Part shown: piece by piece, positions 27,175 through 36,717 of the stretch
Position numbering within the stretch: the stretch's first letter is position 1
Layout of the letters: every line of letters begins with the position of its first letter
Assembly (NCBI GenBank): GCA_031262595.1
Contig: JAISHI010000006.1
Coordinates: forward strand, 438-64,437
Direction of reading: 5' to 3'
Source: Christensenellaceae bacterium
Lineage (GTDB): Bacteria > Bacillota > Clostridia > Christensenellales > UBA1242
Length of the DNA: 64,000 nucleotides
Translations under genes and position numbers: made by a program
The notes under the pieces: model-generated
The model's input: the letters and a program-made list of their open reading frames with translations, nothing else
Databases searched by the model: none
Told to the model about the DNA's origin: nothing

Positions 27175-30100
27175 TTATGCGACGCGGGAGGCTGCGGACA
27201 ACGCTATATTTCTAAGCAAGCCCGTTACTTTAACGTAAACTACGTTTTCGGATTTCCATACTTTTATTTGGCACCCAATATTGACGCCCCCTATACTCGA
27301 AATCGGAGTCGCATCCGCCTCTCTTGTTGCTATCGTCGGCGCGGCTTCGTCATAAATAACCTTCGACACGTTAAACAAACTTATCGACGCAACTGTCCCT
27401 AATGTTGGGGTGAAGGTAAACGTATTTTCGTCGCTATTCTTAACGTTCGGAACCGTCGTTGCCGCCGTTCCATAGCTATCCGTTGCGAAATCGACAGAAA
27501 TGTTTCCAACAATTTTCCAAGTTAAATTTCTAACGTCATTTTCCGTGCCGCTCGCCCATTTATAGTTAATCGAGTCCGTTAGTGTAGCGGTTATCGTATA
27601 GTTTCCTACATCGGTTACGGATTGCGTTCCGCCATAAGTAAATCCGCTTGCGGTTGGTTTTGTTGGAGTTATAGCCGAGCCCAACCAACCAAAGGTTGTC
27701 GCGTCTGTAAGCGACGGAACCGCAACCGTTCCCCCGGAGGTTGTCGTTGTCGCGCCCGTAATTGACGGAACTGCGACGGAACCTTTCGTCATCGTAATAT
27801 TTATGGTTTTCTCTATAGAAGTATAATGAGTTTTACTTACCGTAATTGTTAATGTGGTTGTGCCGCTGTTGTATAATGTTGGCGTTCCGGAAATCGTTGA
27901 ACTGCTCAACGAGAGTTCGTTTGTTTTGGTCATGGCATAACTTACCCCGCTAGTGCCTTCCCATGATAATGTTCCCGAGTGCGCAACACCGACCGTTGCT
28001 GTTGTATCGTCAAGAGTTAGCGTTCCCGTAATAATTCCATTAGTTATCGTTATCGACCCAAGGTTTTGCGCACTAACAGCGTTATAGTTTGTTCCTTCAA
28101 GGACTCGAACCCAAACGTAGTATGTGTTTGGGGTAAGACTAGTTGTTTGAAAGCTACTCCAACCCTCTGTTGGCGCAGTCGTATCGTTTGAATGAAGTGC
28201 ATACTCTATCGTTCCGTCGCCAGTTCTGGTTGGCGCGGTCGTAACGAAATCTTGCGCGCCACCTGTATACGCAAAGCCCGTATACGTTCCGCCGGAAACC
28301 GAACCTGTGCCCTTCGCAACCGTAACTGTAACCGTTTTTGTTGCGGAATTATAATAGTTTGCGCTCGCTACGACGCTTAACTCGTTTGAGCCATATGTTG
28401 TTGGTGTTCCTGAAACTTCTGCCCCGCTTCCGCTAAATCCGTTTTTAGCAGTTAAAGAATAACTTACCGTGTTAGCCGCGCCAACGCTTGCCGTAAGCCC
28501 AGAGAGCGTTCCTGAATATGCGACGCCGACTGTTGCGATTGTATCAGAAATCGCGAGCGCCCCCGAAATAGTCCCTAAGCTTATGACAATCGAACCTATA
28601 CGTGTTGCGCCAACTGCGTCATAGTTATCCGATGCGGCGGCTTTCGCCCAAACGTAATATGTTTTTTCGCTTGTTGTATTTGGTTGGGCGTTGGTTGTTT
28701 CTGCGGTATTCCAAGTTGTTGGCTCGGTTGTATAGGCAGTCGAAAGCCCGTAAGAAATAGTTCCGCCGCCCGTCACTGTCGGCGCGGTCGTAACGAAATC
28801 TTGCGCGCTGCCGTTGTATGTTAAGTCCCTAAATTCCCCGCCCGAAATCGAGGCTGTCCCTGCTGTTGTTATCGCCCAACTTAGCGTTTTATTGGTGCGA
28901 GAGCCGTCCGACCATTCATAGTCCGCAGTTAAGGCTAACGTTACGGTATATGTTCCGACGTTTGTGCCCGTCGTTTGACCTGATATTGTGTAGGCTGTGG
29001 TATTTGTCTCTATGTTATGGTTCATCTCGTCACCAGTATAGGTTCGGCTTGCACCATCACTAGGAATTGCCACATATTTATAATCCGCCGTCACTACCGC
29101 GAGAGTATAAGGCTCTGAGGCGTTGTAATATGAATTCCCTGCCCAATATGCCGTTATTGTTGCCGTTCCGCTAACGCCAGTTGCTTCGATTACGCCTGCT
29201 GACGATACCGAGGCGACATTCCCATTAGTTGTAGTATATGTTAACGTTCCGACATTACCGCCGCCGCTTGCCGTAACGGTTTGCGTTGCGCCTTTCCTTA
29301 ATGTTATTGCTAGTGGACTTAACGCGCCCGTGTCGGGCGCGGCTTGGTCGGCTTTTATTGCCGTCACTGTCGCGACAGTATAATAGTCCGAGGCGTAATA
29401 GTTTGTCGTCTCTGCGTAATATGCCCTTATTATTGCCTCTCCGCTCGACGCAACGGCTCTTATCGTCCCGTCGTCTGGATCTACTGTTGCAACTAACGGC
29501 CTAGACGAAACATATATTAAATCCCCGATCGCGCTACCGCCGCTTACTGGCGCATCAATCGTCGAATTATATGCTATATCTACCGCGCCTAGCGCACCTG
29601 AGTTTGGCGCGTCTTGCTCGGCTTTTGTTGGTGTATATGCGCTCGAGGCGACGGAGGTTGTCCTCGCTGTTCCGCCCGCCGTTGGGCGATATTGAATAAA
29701 ACCGTAATATGGCGTATGGTATGTTTTATTCTCGAAAATATTGCTTTCTTGCCAACCTGTTGTTGGCGCGGTTGTGCTAGTTGAAACGGCATAATATCGA
29801 GTATAGCCTGTAGGCGCCGGAGTAATCATCCGCCCCCCCGTACTTACGGTTATAGTCGTTGACCCTGCCGTTCCCGTTACCATTGGTGCGCTCGGCGTCG
29901 GCATATCTCCGATGTTTATTGTCGGTAAAGTATACGAACCGACGACAGGAGAATGAACGTTATTATTGCCCAGTCTTATATCCAAAGACGTAAAATAGTC
30001 GTTTAATATATTAGTCATACCAGCAGGATCCGAAGCCCATGCGGCGCGGTCTGCGTAGAACACAATATCATATTCCGTCCATTCATCCCAATCATAGTCC

Positions 30101-31122
30101 TGCATCACGAGCCTATAATCTGTCCCGGGTTGATTATTCGTCTCATGCGGTGCGGAATAAGTTTCACCCTCTATAGTGGTTCCACTATTAGTCCTAACCC
30201 GACCGTCTACGGTTATAGGGGGGCGCGACATCGTCGTTTTTGGATATGGGTCATTCGCCACAACTATCCATTTATTATCCATTGCGTATCCATCCATTGT
30301 ATATCCAGCTGAGTTTGCAATTAATGTTGTGCTCGTTGGCCTTATTCTAAGTATTTCAACCAAGCCGCTCGATGCCGCCCCATAACTATATGGATAATTA
30401 ATCGCGCCCGGCGCGGTGTCGTTGGTGCCGAGAAGGGTTCCGTCGCCTTTATAAACGTTGCACCAATCCTTGTTTGGGTTGTCAAGTGTTATATTAAAAG
30501 TCATTGTTTTCGAGTATAAATCTATTTCGGTTCCGGGGATTCCTCCGGTAATAGGCGTGTCGTATGCTGAGTTCCTTCCTACTACCCCACGAATAATATA
30601 CGAGAATGTTATCGTTGCTTTTGCGCCGTCCAGCGCGTCCGCAGGAATCTCAAAATCTATATAAGCATAATCACCGCTATTAGTTAGCGTACCTGATGCA
30701 TAAGTATAACCCGGAAGAACTCGCGGAGTATTACTTAAACCTAAACCGCTCAAACTAGAGGATGAAATTCGTAAGCCCGCGCCCGGTGGACCACTGGTAT
30801 CTATATATACCCTATATCCATAGCCAGCAGCAAAAGATAAATCGGGATTAACCGAAAAAGTAATAAAATTATGCTTACCCGCTGTCATGGTTATGTCTTC
30901 TCGATAATTCGATACCGATGGCGGCATTGGGGTATTTGTGATGTGGCTCCCTCCTGAATTAGTTACAGTATGGAGCTCCCAAAGCAGAAAGTCGCTGGGG
31001 TCTGCTGATGCCGCCTGCGAGGTTGGTTCATTATTTGTCAAGAAAACGACGCCCGCCGTTGTTGCGCCGACGGCGACGACCGTTGTTAAGGCTAAAACTA
31101 AAATCTTAGCACGTGTCCACAT
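27175..31122 (-). CDS. Giant surface protein with Ig-like / MBG-type repeats
   Basis: About 1315 aa with an N-terminal signal or anchor. Repeated modules include two copies of about 183 aa. I prefer ATG 31122 (AGAGAGG SD 9 nt upstream) to TTG 31128. Confidence 0.75.
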   Translation of the reverse strand: MWTRAKILVLALTTVVAVGATTAGVVFLTNNEPTSQAASADPSDFLLWELHTVTNSGGSHITNTPMPPSVSNYREDITMTAGKHNFITFSVNPDLSFAAGYGYRVYIDTSGPPGAGLRISSSSLSGLGLSNTPRVLPGYTYASGTLTNSGDYAYIDFEIPADALDGAKATITFSYIIRGVVGRNSAYDTPITGGIPGTEIDLYSKTMTFNITLDNPNKDWCNVYKGDGTLLGTNDTAPGAINYPYSYGAASSGLVEILRIRPTSTTLIANSAGYTMDGYAMDNKWIVVANDPYPKTTMSRPPITVDGRVRTNSGTTIEGETYSAPHETNNQPGTDYRLVMQDYDWDEWTEYDIVFYADRAAWASDPAGMTNILNDYFTSLDIRLGNNNVHSPVVGSYTLPTINIGDMPTPSAPMVTGTAGSTTITVSTGGRMITPAPTGYTRYYAVSTSTTAPTTGWQESNIFENKTYHTPYYGFIQYRPTAGGTARTTSVASSAYTPTKAEQDAPNSGALGAVDIAYNSTIDAPVSGGSAIGDLIYVSSRPLVATVDPDDGTIRAVASSGEAIIRAYYAETTNYYASDYYTVATVTAIKADQAAPDTGALSPLAITLRKGATQTVTASGGGNVGTLTYTTTNGNVASVSSAGVIEATGVSGTATITAYWAGNSYYNASEPYTLAVVTADYKYVAIPSDGASRTYTGDEMNHNIETNTTAYTISGQTTGTNVGTYTVTLALTADYEWSDGSRTNKTLSWAITTAGTASISGGEFRDLTYNGSAQDFVTTAPTVTGGGTISYGLSTAYTTEPTTWNTAETTNAQPNTTSEKTYYVWAKAAASDNYDAVGATRIGSIVISLGTISGALAISDTIATVGVAYSGTLSGLTASVGAANTVSYSLTAKNGFSGSGAEVSGTPTTYGSNELSVVASANYYNSATKTVTVTVAKGTGSVSGGTYTGFAYTGGAQDFVTTAPTRTGDGTIEYALHSNDTTAPTEGWSSFQTTSLTPNTYYVWVRVLEGTNYNAVSAQNLGSITITNGIITGTLTLDDTTATVGVAHSGTLSWEGTSGVSYAMTKTNELSLSSSTISGTPTLYNSGTTTLTITVSKTHYTSIEKTINITMTKGSVAVPSITGATTTTSGGTVAVPSLTDATTFGWLGSAITPTKPTASGFTYGGTQSVTDVGNYTITATLTDSINYKWASGTENDVRNLTWKIVGNISVDFATDSYGTAATTVPNVKNSDENTFTFTPTLGTVASISLFNVSKVIYDEAAPTIATREADATPISSIGGVNIGCQIKVWKSENVVYVKVTGLLRNIALSAASRVA
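28232..28808. repeat. Internal tandem duplication (549-nt period) in the 1315-aa gene
   Basis: An identical 28-mer, GGCGCGGTCGTAACGAAATCTTGCGCGC, occurs at 28232 and 28781. The flanking protein modules of about 183 aa are collinear. Confidence 0.8.
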
Positions 31123-31166
31123 ACGCAAAAACCTCTCTTTCGTTTCAAGTCTATTATATAGAATAT

Positions 31167-31195
31167 TATATATAGATTTAGGAGTTTTATGTCAA
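31167..31195 (-). promoter_or_regulatory. Promoter TTGACA-17-TATATA of the 1315-aa surface-protein gene (leadered)
   Basis: Hexamers read directly from the sequence. A leader of about 40 nt carries an AGAGAGG SD. Confidence 0.6.
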
Positions 31196-31240
31196 ATCAT
31201 TTTCGCGAATAAATAAATATTTTTTAGACAATACCCTCGC

Positions 31241-31972
31241 CTATATCGCCTCGTCTTTTAGCGTTTCGCGGAATTCGGCGAGAACGCGTTGTTCGATGCG
31301 CGAAACTTGGACTTGGCTTATATTAAGAGCCTTCGCAACTTCGCTTTGGGTTGCATTTCGAAAATACCTTAGAAGCATAACTTTCCGCTCGCGCTCATCG
31401 AGGCTTTTTAGAAGGTTTGTTATCATAATTTTGTCGGTTAGGTCGACTGGGTCGCCGTTATCGCAAGGGATTTTTTCCGCGAGAGAAAGCGATTCGCCTT
31501 GGGAGTTTTCTGTTTTCTCGAACAGCGAAATCGGCAGATGCGACGCCTCCATCGCGAAAACAATTTCTTCGCGCGAAACGCCGAAATGCTGCGCAATTTT
31601 ATCAACGGATCTTTCCGTTTCGTCTTGGGTCGCGTTCAAATATTTTTTTATTTTAACGAACAAACTTTTAACGCTGCGCGAAACTTTTATCGCGCCGTCA
31701 TCGCGCAAAAACCGCTTAATTTCGCCCAAGATTAACGGCAGCGCATATGTTGTAAACTTTACGCCATAACTCGGGTCGTATTTCTCGATAGCCTTCGTAA
31801 AACCCAAGGCGCCTAGTTGATAAAGGTCATCGTATTCAACGCCCTTTCCGATATAGCCTTTTAAAACGCTCTTAATAAGAGGCGAATTAGAAATAATAAG
31901 CCTGTTTTTTGCCTCGCCGTCGCCCGTTTTCGCGAGCGCAATTAGTTCGGCTAGTTCGTTATTTGAAAGCAT
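31241..31972 (-). CDS. sigF: Sporulation sigma factor SigF
   Basis: 243-aa sigma-70 family protein with the region 4.2 HTH ISQVQVSRIE. It is the third gene after spoIIAA and spoIIAB. Confidence 0.85.
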   Translation of the reverse strand: MLSNNELAELIALAKTGDGEAKNRLIISNSPLIKSVLKGYIGKGVEYDDLYQLGALGFTKAIEKYDPSYGVKFTTYALPLILGEIKRFLRDDGAIKVSRSVKSLFVKIKKYLNATQDETERSVDKIAQHFGVSREEIVFAMEASHLPISLFEKTENSQGESLSLAEKIPCDNGDPVDLTDKIMITNLLKSLDERERKVMLLRYFRNATQSEVAKALNISQVQVSRIEQRVLAEFRETLKDEAI

Positions 31973-31978
31973 CGCGGT

Positions 31979-32437
31979 TCACTCTCCGCTCGCTAAATCT
32001 GCCGCCTTTTCTTTCGTAAAAAATTTTGTCATCTCAACCAAAACTCCGCCTCCAAAGTTATTATTGACGGAAAGGTTGTCCATGAAACTTTGCATAACCG
32101 TAAAACCCATTCCGCTCCTCTCGTCCTCGGGCGCGGTTGTATAAAATGGTTCGGTGGCCTTCGAGATATCCTCGATCCCGACGCCGTTGTCCGCGATTTT
32201 TATCGTTATTTGGTCGGCGAAAAGTTCGCACTCAACGAAAATCGTTCCGCCCTTCTTTTTATACGCGTGAACTATGCAGTTCGTAACCGCTTCGCTAACT
32301 GCGGTCTTTATGTCGTTAATTTGGTCGAGGGTTGGGTCGGCTTGGCTCGCGAACGCGCCGACAACTCCCCTAACGAAACTCTCGTTCTCGCTTTGCGCCT
32401 CAACTTCCATCTTAAATTTATTTAAAACTTTTTCCAT
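31979..32437 (-). CDS. spoIIAB: Anti-sigma F factor (serine kinase) SpoIIAB
   Basis: 152 aa with HATPase motifs EAVTNCIVHAY, DNGVGI and GMGF. Confidence 0.9.
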   Translation of the reverse strand: MEKVLNKFKMEVEAQSENESFVRGVVGAFASQADPTLDQINDIKTAVSEAVTNCIVHAYKKKGGTIFVECELFADQITIKIADNGVGIEDISKATEPFYTTAPEDERSGMGFTVMQSFMDNLSVNNNFGGGVLVEMTKFFTKEKAADLASGE

Positions 32438-32455
32438 TTTATTTTCTCCTTATAA

Positions 32456-32764
32456 TTACGATACTTTGGGCATAACTTGATATAGCCCAGTCATCTTAAA
32501 AATCCGATCCGCTTGGCTCGATGGGTTCGCGACAAAAACCGGTATATTTTTATCCTTCATCTTCTTATAACGCCCGATTAAAACGCCGATGCCTGTGCTG
32601 TCCATAAAACTTAGGTTAGTTAGGTCGATAACAATTTGCGTAAACCCCGTTCCATTCATGACTTGTTCCATATAGGTGCGCGTATATTCCGCCGAATATT
32701 CGTCAAGTTCGCCGTCGAGCGAGATATAAAGAACGCCCTTATAAACTTTGTTTGCAAGTTTCAT
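32456..32764 (-). CDS. spoIIAA: Anti-anti-sigma factor SpoIIAA (STAS domain)
   Basis: 102 aa with the STAS motif FMDSTGIGVL. An AAAGGGGG SD lies 4 nt upstream. Confidence 0.85.
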   Translation of the reverse strand: MKLANKVYKGVLYISLDGELDEYSAEYTRTYMEQVMNGTGFTQIVIDLTNLSFMDSTGIGVLIGRYKKMKDKNIPVFVANPSSQADRIFKMTGLYQVMPKVS

Positions 32765-32833
32765 TTTGCCCCCTTTTAGGGCGAACCGCGCTGGAATTGC
32801 TTGGGTCGCTGTCGCCTAAACAACAATAAAACA

Positions 32834-32858
32834 AAACCGCAACGGTTTTTTGCGGTTT
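32834..32858 (-). other. Hairpin with a T-rich tract between the 0A boxes and spoIIAA
   Basis: 9-bp stem AAACCGCAA/TTGCGGTTT with a 7-nt loop, followed on the minus strand by TGTTTTATTGTT. The arm sequence is the same as the core of the 4066-4142 inverted repeat. Confidence 0.45.
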
Positions 32859-32860
32859 AA

Positions 32861-32877
32861 AGTCGAAATTTGTCGAA
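32861..32877. promoter_or_regulatory. Tandem Spo0A-box-like heptamers (AGTCGAA, TGTCGAA) with 10-bp phasing
   Basis: TGTCGAA equals the 0A-box consensus and AGTCGAA is a 6/7 match. They lie about 100 nt upstream of the spoIIAA ATG. Confidence 0.5.
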
Positions 32878-32923
32878 ATTTATCAAAGCGCAGTCAATAG
32901 TGAAAAACATAATTGGATTTTAA

Positions 32924-32952
32924 TTGTCAAACTAACAACTTTGTATTACATT
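32924..32952 (+). promoter_or_regulatory. Radical-SAM/UDG gene promoter TTGTCA-17-TACATT, with the -10 box 6 nt from the ATG
   Basis: Hexamers read directly from the sequence. Confidence 0.55.
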
Positions 32953-32958
32953 ATCGAC

Positions 32959-34770
32959 ATGGCTAAAGTTTTATTGCTTAATTCGCCAATCTTTAATGAG
33001 AAACAACTCACAAAAGAAGATTATTTACCCCCTATTGGGTTGGGATATATAGCCACGAATTTAGAGCAAAACAATATACCGGTTGAAATATTAGACGCAG
33101 TTCATGAGAATTTAACTATTGATGAAATCGTAGAAATACTTAAACAAAAACAACCAAATTTTGTCGGAGTAAATATTTTTTCAATAAATCAAAATCTTGT
33201 GAAACAAATTATAGAGAACTACAAAGGCGATACAACATGGCTGCTCGGGGCGAAAACCGTTCAATCACTTTATAAAGAGTTTCCGCAATACAACACAAAA
33301 AACAAAATTATTGGCGTAATCGGTGAGGCGGATTTAATAACGGCTGACATTATAAATAATAACGTAAAAGAAAAACCATCTTTTTCACAAGGAAACACGA
33401 CTATTTATTCGGTTGGCAAGAACTCATTTTATTACCCGCATGATATTTCACAATTAAAACTTGATAGAAGGCTTTTTGCGGACAGAGTTATAAAAAATCC
33501 CTATGGACTACAAGAGGATGTCCTTGTAGGGTCTCGTGGGTGCGTATATAATTGTGCTTTTTGTGGTGGCGCAAGGTCATTAAATAAAAGTGTTGCCCCG
33601 CGCGTTCGTAATATTGAAAGTCTTAAACAAGAGATTATCGAAATAAAAAAACTTAACCCACAAGTTGAATGTATAAGAATGTTGGATGACCTCTTTTTAA
33701 GAAATCGCAAAAGCATAGAACAAGCCATCGAACTATTTACAAAATCCAATTTGCAATGGCGCGCTATGGCGCATATAAATGTATTCAAAGGGAATCTGGA
33801 TTTGTTGGAAAGATTGAAAGAATCTGGTTGCGTAGAGTTAGAAATAGGTATTGAAAGCGGTAACGACAAAATGCGAGAAGTTATTCATAAAGAAGGCTCC
33901 GTTATGGATGTAAAAAGTGTTGTTGGCAGCCTCCTCGATAATGGACTTAATGTCAAAGGGTATTTTATGTATGGCTTGCCTAATGAAACATTACAACAAG
34001 CAACAGATAGTTTCGTTTTAGCAAACGAATTACATGAATACTCTCAATCTACGTTGGGTAATTTTAAGACAAGCGCTTTTCAATTTAGACCTTATCATGG
34101 AACGGAATTATTTGCTAATTTAGGGTTAAATTCCAATCAAGAATATAAGCATATAGAAAGTCAAAACGACATGATAGGTAGGCAACAATTTAATTTTATG
34201 GCTGAAAATTACAGCCAATGTTCGCAACAAGAAATTGATGAACTTGTTATAAAAACAAACTCATTATCGAAAAATAGAAAAAATTTAACAATTCCTAATA
34301 GGACAAAAGCATTAAAAAAGTGTGACGTTATGATGGTCGGAATATCGAATAAAGATGATGAAAAGGGAACTATGCTCGAAGCATTCGATGGAAGTACAAA
34401 TTCTGGGAAACTTATACAACAAATTGAAACAGTAAATTCTAATATAAATATATATAAAACAAACCTTGTCAAATTCACGCCGAAAGACGAGCGCGGAAAA
34501 ATCCGTTATCCTTTAAAAGAAGAAATTGACAGCCAAATAGATTTATTACTTGATGAAATCAAAAACAAACAACCTAAAATTGTATTAGCAATGGGTAATA
34601 TGGTGTTTGATTACCTTAATGCTATAAAAAATCAGATAGATGTTCCCATAGAAAAAGTGGAACACCCTTCATTCGTTACCATTTATCGCAGAAAACAAAT
34701 AGGCGAATATATCGCAAAGATTACGCAGATCATAAACACATATTGCAATGAACAAGAAAAGGAGCAATAA
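32959..34770 (+). CDS. B12-binding radical SAM enzyme fused to a C-terminal uracil-DNA-glycosylase-fold domain
   Basis: N-terminal B12-binding-like domain (LPPIGLGYIATNL), radical SAM motif GSRGCVYNCAFCGG, and a C-terminal domain of about 150 aa collinear with family-4 UDG (MMVG.., YKTNLVKFTP, KIVLAMG, HPSF). Confidence 0.75.
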   Translation: MAKVLLLNSPIFNEKQLTKEDYLPPIGLGYIATNLEQNNIPVEILDAVHENLTIDEIVEILKQKQPNFVGVNIFSINQNLVKQIIENYKGDTTWLLGAKTVQSLYKEFPQYNTKNKIIGVIGEADLITADIINNNVKEKPSFSQGNTTIYSVGKNSFYYPHDISQLKLDRRLFADRVIKNPYGLQEDVLVGSRGCVYNCAFCGGARSLNKSVAPRVRNIESLKQEIIEIKKLNPQVECIRMLDDLFLRNRKSIEQAIELFTKSNLQWRAMAHINVFKGNLDLLERLKESGCVELEIGIESGNDKMREVIHKEGSVMDVKSVVGSLLDNGLNVKGYFMYGLPNETLQQATDSFVLANELHEYSQSTLGNFKTSAFQFRPYHGTELFANLGLNSNQEYKHIESQNDMIGRQQFNFMAENYSQCSQQEIDELVIKTNSLSKNRKNLTIPNRTKALKKCDVMMVGISNKDDEKGTMLEAFDGSTNSGKLIQQIETVNSNINIYKTNLVKFTPKDERGKIRYPLKEEIDSQIDLLLDEIKNKQPKIVLAMGNMVFDYLNAIKNQIDVPIEKVEHPSFVTIYRRKQIGEYIAKITQIINTYCNEQEKEQ

Positions 34771-34780
34771 TAAATCCTCG

Positions 34781-35524
34781 TTAAAGAGCCGTTATTATCG
34801 CGAATTCTAATGCGGAGCTCGAAAGGTTTTCGCTCGTATTCGAGAGCGCGAACAGGGCGAGGGCGAGGTTGTTGCTGTCAACTAAGATTTTCGAGTAGTC
34901 GGCGAGTTTTGCTTCGTTTTGCATTTTGTTTAATGCGGTCGATAACGCTATAACTTCGTTATAAAGTTTAAGCGCGGCGATTTTTAATTCTTCGGTCGAG
35001 GGTTTTTCCGTTCTAAACGTTAATAAACTCTCGAAAACTTCCGCGCGTTTCGCGAAAATATTACCTATTAAATGTTCATCGTCGGCGCGGGCATTAAAGG
35101 TTTTTTGAAATTCTTCCCTCTCGGCAACGGTCGCGTCGCCTAAGCCCTCGCCTGTCATGAGCGCCTTATTCGCGTCGTCGACGGTTTTATATATGCTCTC
35201 GATAACGACGAACTTATCGCCGTCGCTTACGATAAAGCCTGCCCCGCCACTTAATTTACTTTTTCGAGAGAGTTCCATCGCGGTTGTTTTATCCGCGACG
35301 CCCGCGACCTGAATCGCGTAAACTTGCGGCGTTGTTTGGGTTATCGAAACTATATCACCGTTAGAACCCGCCGCGCCGAAACTTGGGAACTTAAAAAAAT
35401 GAAACTTCGCATTACAAGCCAGCGCAACAATCGCCAGCAATAATAAAACCGCAACCAGCGGAAACATAAACTTTTTCTTCGGTTTAAACCGCTTATACTC
35501 AAACTCGTTATAAATTTGATCCAT
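34781..35524 (-). CDS. Membrane-anchored SPOR-domain-like protein
   Basis: 247 aa with an N-terminal TM segment. The segment YAIQVAGVADKTTAMELSRKSKLSGGAGFIVSDGDKFVVIES resembles a SPOR domain. Confidence 0.5.
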   Translation of the reverse strand: MDQIYNEFEYKRFKPKKKFMFPLVAVLLLLAIVALACNAKFHFFKFPSFGAAGSNGDIVSITQTTPQVYAIQVAGVADKTTAMELSRKSKLSGGAGFIVSDGDKFVVIESIYKTVDDANKALMTGEGLGDATVAEREEFQKTFNARADDEHLIGNIFAKRAEVFESLLTFRTEKPSTEELKIAALKLYNEVIALSTALNKMQNEAKLADYSKILVDSNNLALALFALSNTSENLSSSALEFAIITAL

Positions 35525-35563
35525 ACTATATATTTATTAAAATTGAAAATCGAATATGCCCGC

Positions 35564-35592
35564 TTGACTATGGTTGCGTGAGCCTCTATAAT
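35564..35592 (+). promoter_or_regulatory. dnaN promoter TTGACT-17-TATAAT, with the -10 box 6 nt from the ATG
   Basis: Hexamers read directly from the sequence. Confidence 0.65.
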
Positions 35593-35598
35593 GAAGGT

Positions 35599-36699
35599 AT
35601 GAAAATAATATGTGATGGAGCTTGTTTGGCGGACGCGGTTAATACAGTCATCCGCGCAACAAACGGAAAAATAAACCCAAGCCTCGGCGGAATTAAAATC
35701 GTAGCCGCTGGCGATACGCTAACCCTTTTCGCGACGGATATCGAAATGTATATAACGAAGGTTATAAAGGCTGATGTTCGGGAAGAGGGAACGTCGATTG
35801 TTCCCGGCAAAATCTTCGCGGATTATGTTCGCTTACTGGATAAAAGCGCGCAAGTTGAACTCGCGAGCGATGCAACCTCGATTATGATAACCCACGGCGA
35901 GAATGTTTGTACTTTCACCCTTATGAGCGAGAGTGAGTATCCAGACATCTTAAAACTCGGTTCAAAACCGCACTTCGCAATCAAATCCCAAGACCTTAAC
36001 GACATTATCACGAAAACAACAATTTGCGCCTCGCGCGACGACAGCCGCCCAATCCTTAAAGGCGTTCTTTTTGAACTTGAAGGAAAGAATCTAACCTGCG
36101 TTTCGCTCGACGGATATAGGCTCGCGAAAGTTAATAAAACGGTTACGAACGTCGGAACGGATATTAAGTTTGTTGTGCCCGCTCGAAGCCTTGACGAGGT
36201 TAAGAAGATGCTAACTGGCGACACCGGCGACGTTAATATCGTTATCGAAAATAAGTTTTTCGGCATCGCGCTTAACGGAACGACTTTCGCAACGCGCCTT
36301 ATGGACGGCGAATTTATAAATTATAAACAAGTTATCCCGCAAAGTTTCGAATCAACGGCAGTCCTCGATAAAGAAGAGTTTACCGAGTCTGTTGTTCGGG
36401 CGGGGATTGTCGGCAGCAACGCAAATACGAAAATTATAAGCCTTAAATTTGAGGGAAAATCCGTTGCAATCTCCGGCATAAGCCAAACAGGCAACACAAA
36501 CCAACGCGCAAACGCAAAAATTACGGGTAAAGACCTCGTTATTGCGTTTAATGCCGAATATCTAACGACCGCGCTCGGCGGAATAAACGAGCAATTCGTT
36601 TTATTATCCTATAACTCTGCCCTCGCGCCTTGTACGTTAACAAGCACAAAAGACGGCGGCGATTATCTCTTCTTAATCTTGCCTGTCCGCGCGAACTAA
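35599..36699 (+). CDS. dnaN: DNA polymerase III beta subunit (sliding clamp)
   Basis: Motifs RPILKGVLFE, DGYRLA, LMDGEFINYKQVIP and LILPVR. ATG 35599 gives the canonical N-terminus MKIICDG. Confidence 0.85.
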   Translation: MKIICDGACLADAVNTVIRATNGKINPSLGGIKIVAAGDTLTLFATDIEMYITKVIKADVREEGTSIVPGKIFADYVRLLDKSAQVELASDATSIMITHGENVCTFTLMSESEYPDILKLGSKPHFAIKSQDLNDIITKTTICASRDDSRPILKGVLFELEGKNLTCVSLDGYRLAKVNKTVTNVGTDIKFVVPARSLDEVKKMLTGDTGDVNIVIENKFFGIALNGTTFATRLMDGEFINYKQVIPQSFESTAVLDKEEFTESVVRAGIVGSNANTKIISLKFEGKSVAISGISQTGNTNQRANAKITGKDLVIAFNAEYLTTALGGINEQFVLLSYNSALAPCTLTSTKDGGDYLFLILPVRAN

Positions 36700-36717
36700 A
36701 AGTTTTCGATTTTCTAT

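Noticed and set aside
35525-35598. A replication origin next to dnaN.
   Set aside because: There is no dnaA gene adjacent and no TTATCCACA-type DnaA boxes in the intergenic region. A single 8/9 box at 42955-42963 lies in the recR start region and is probably chance.
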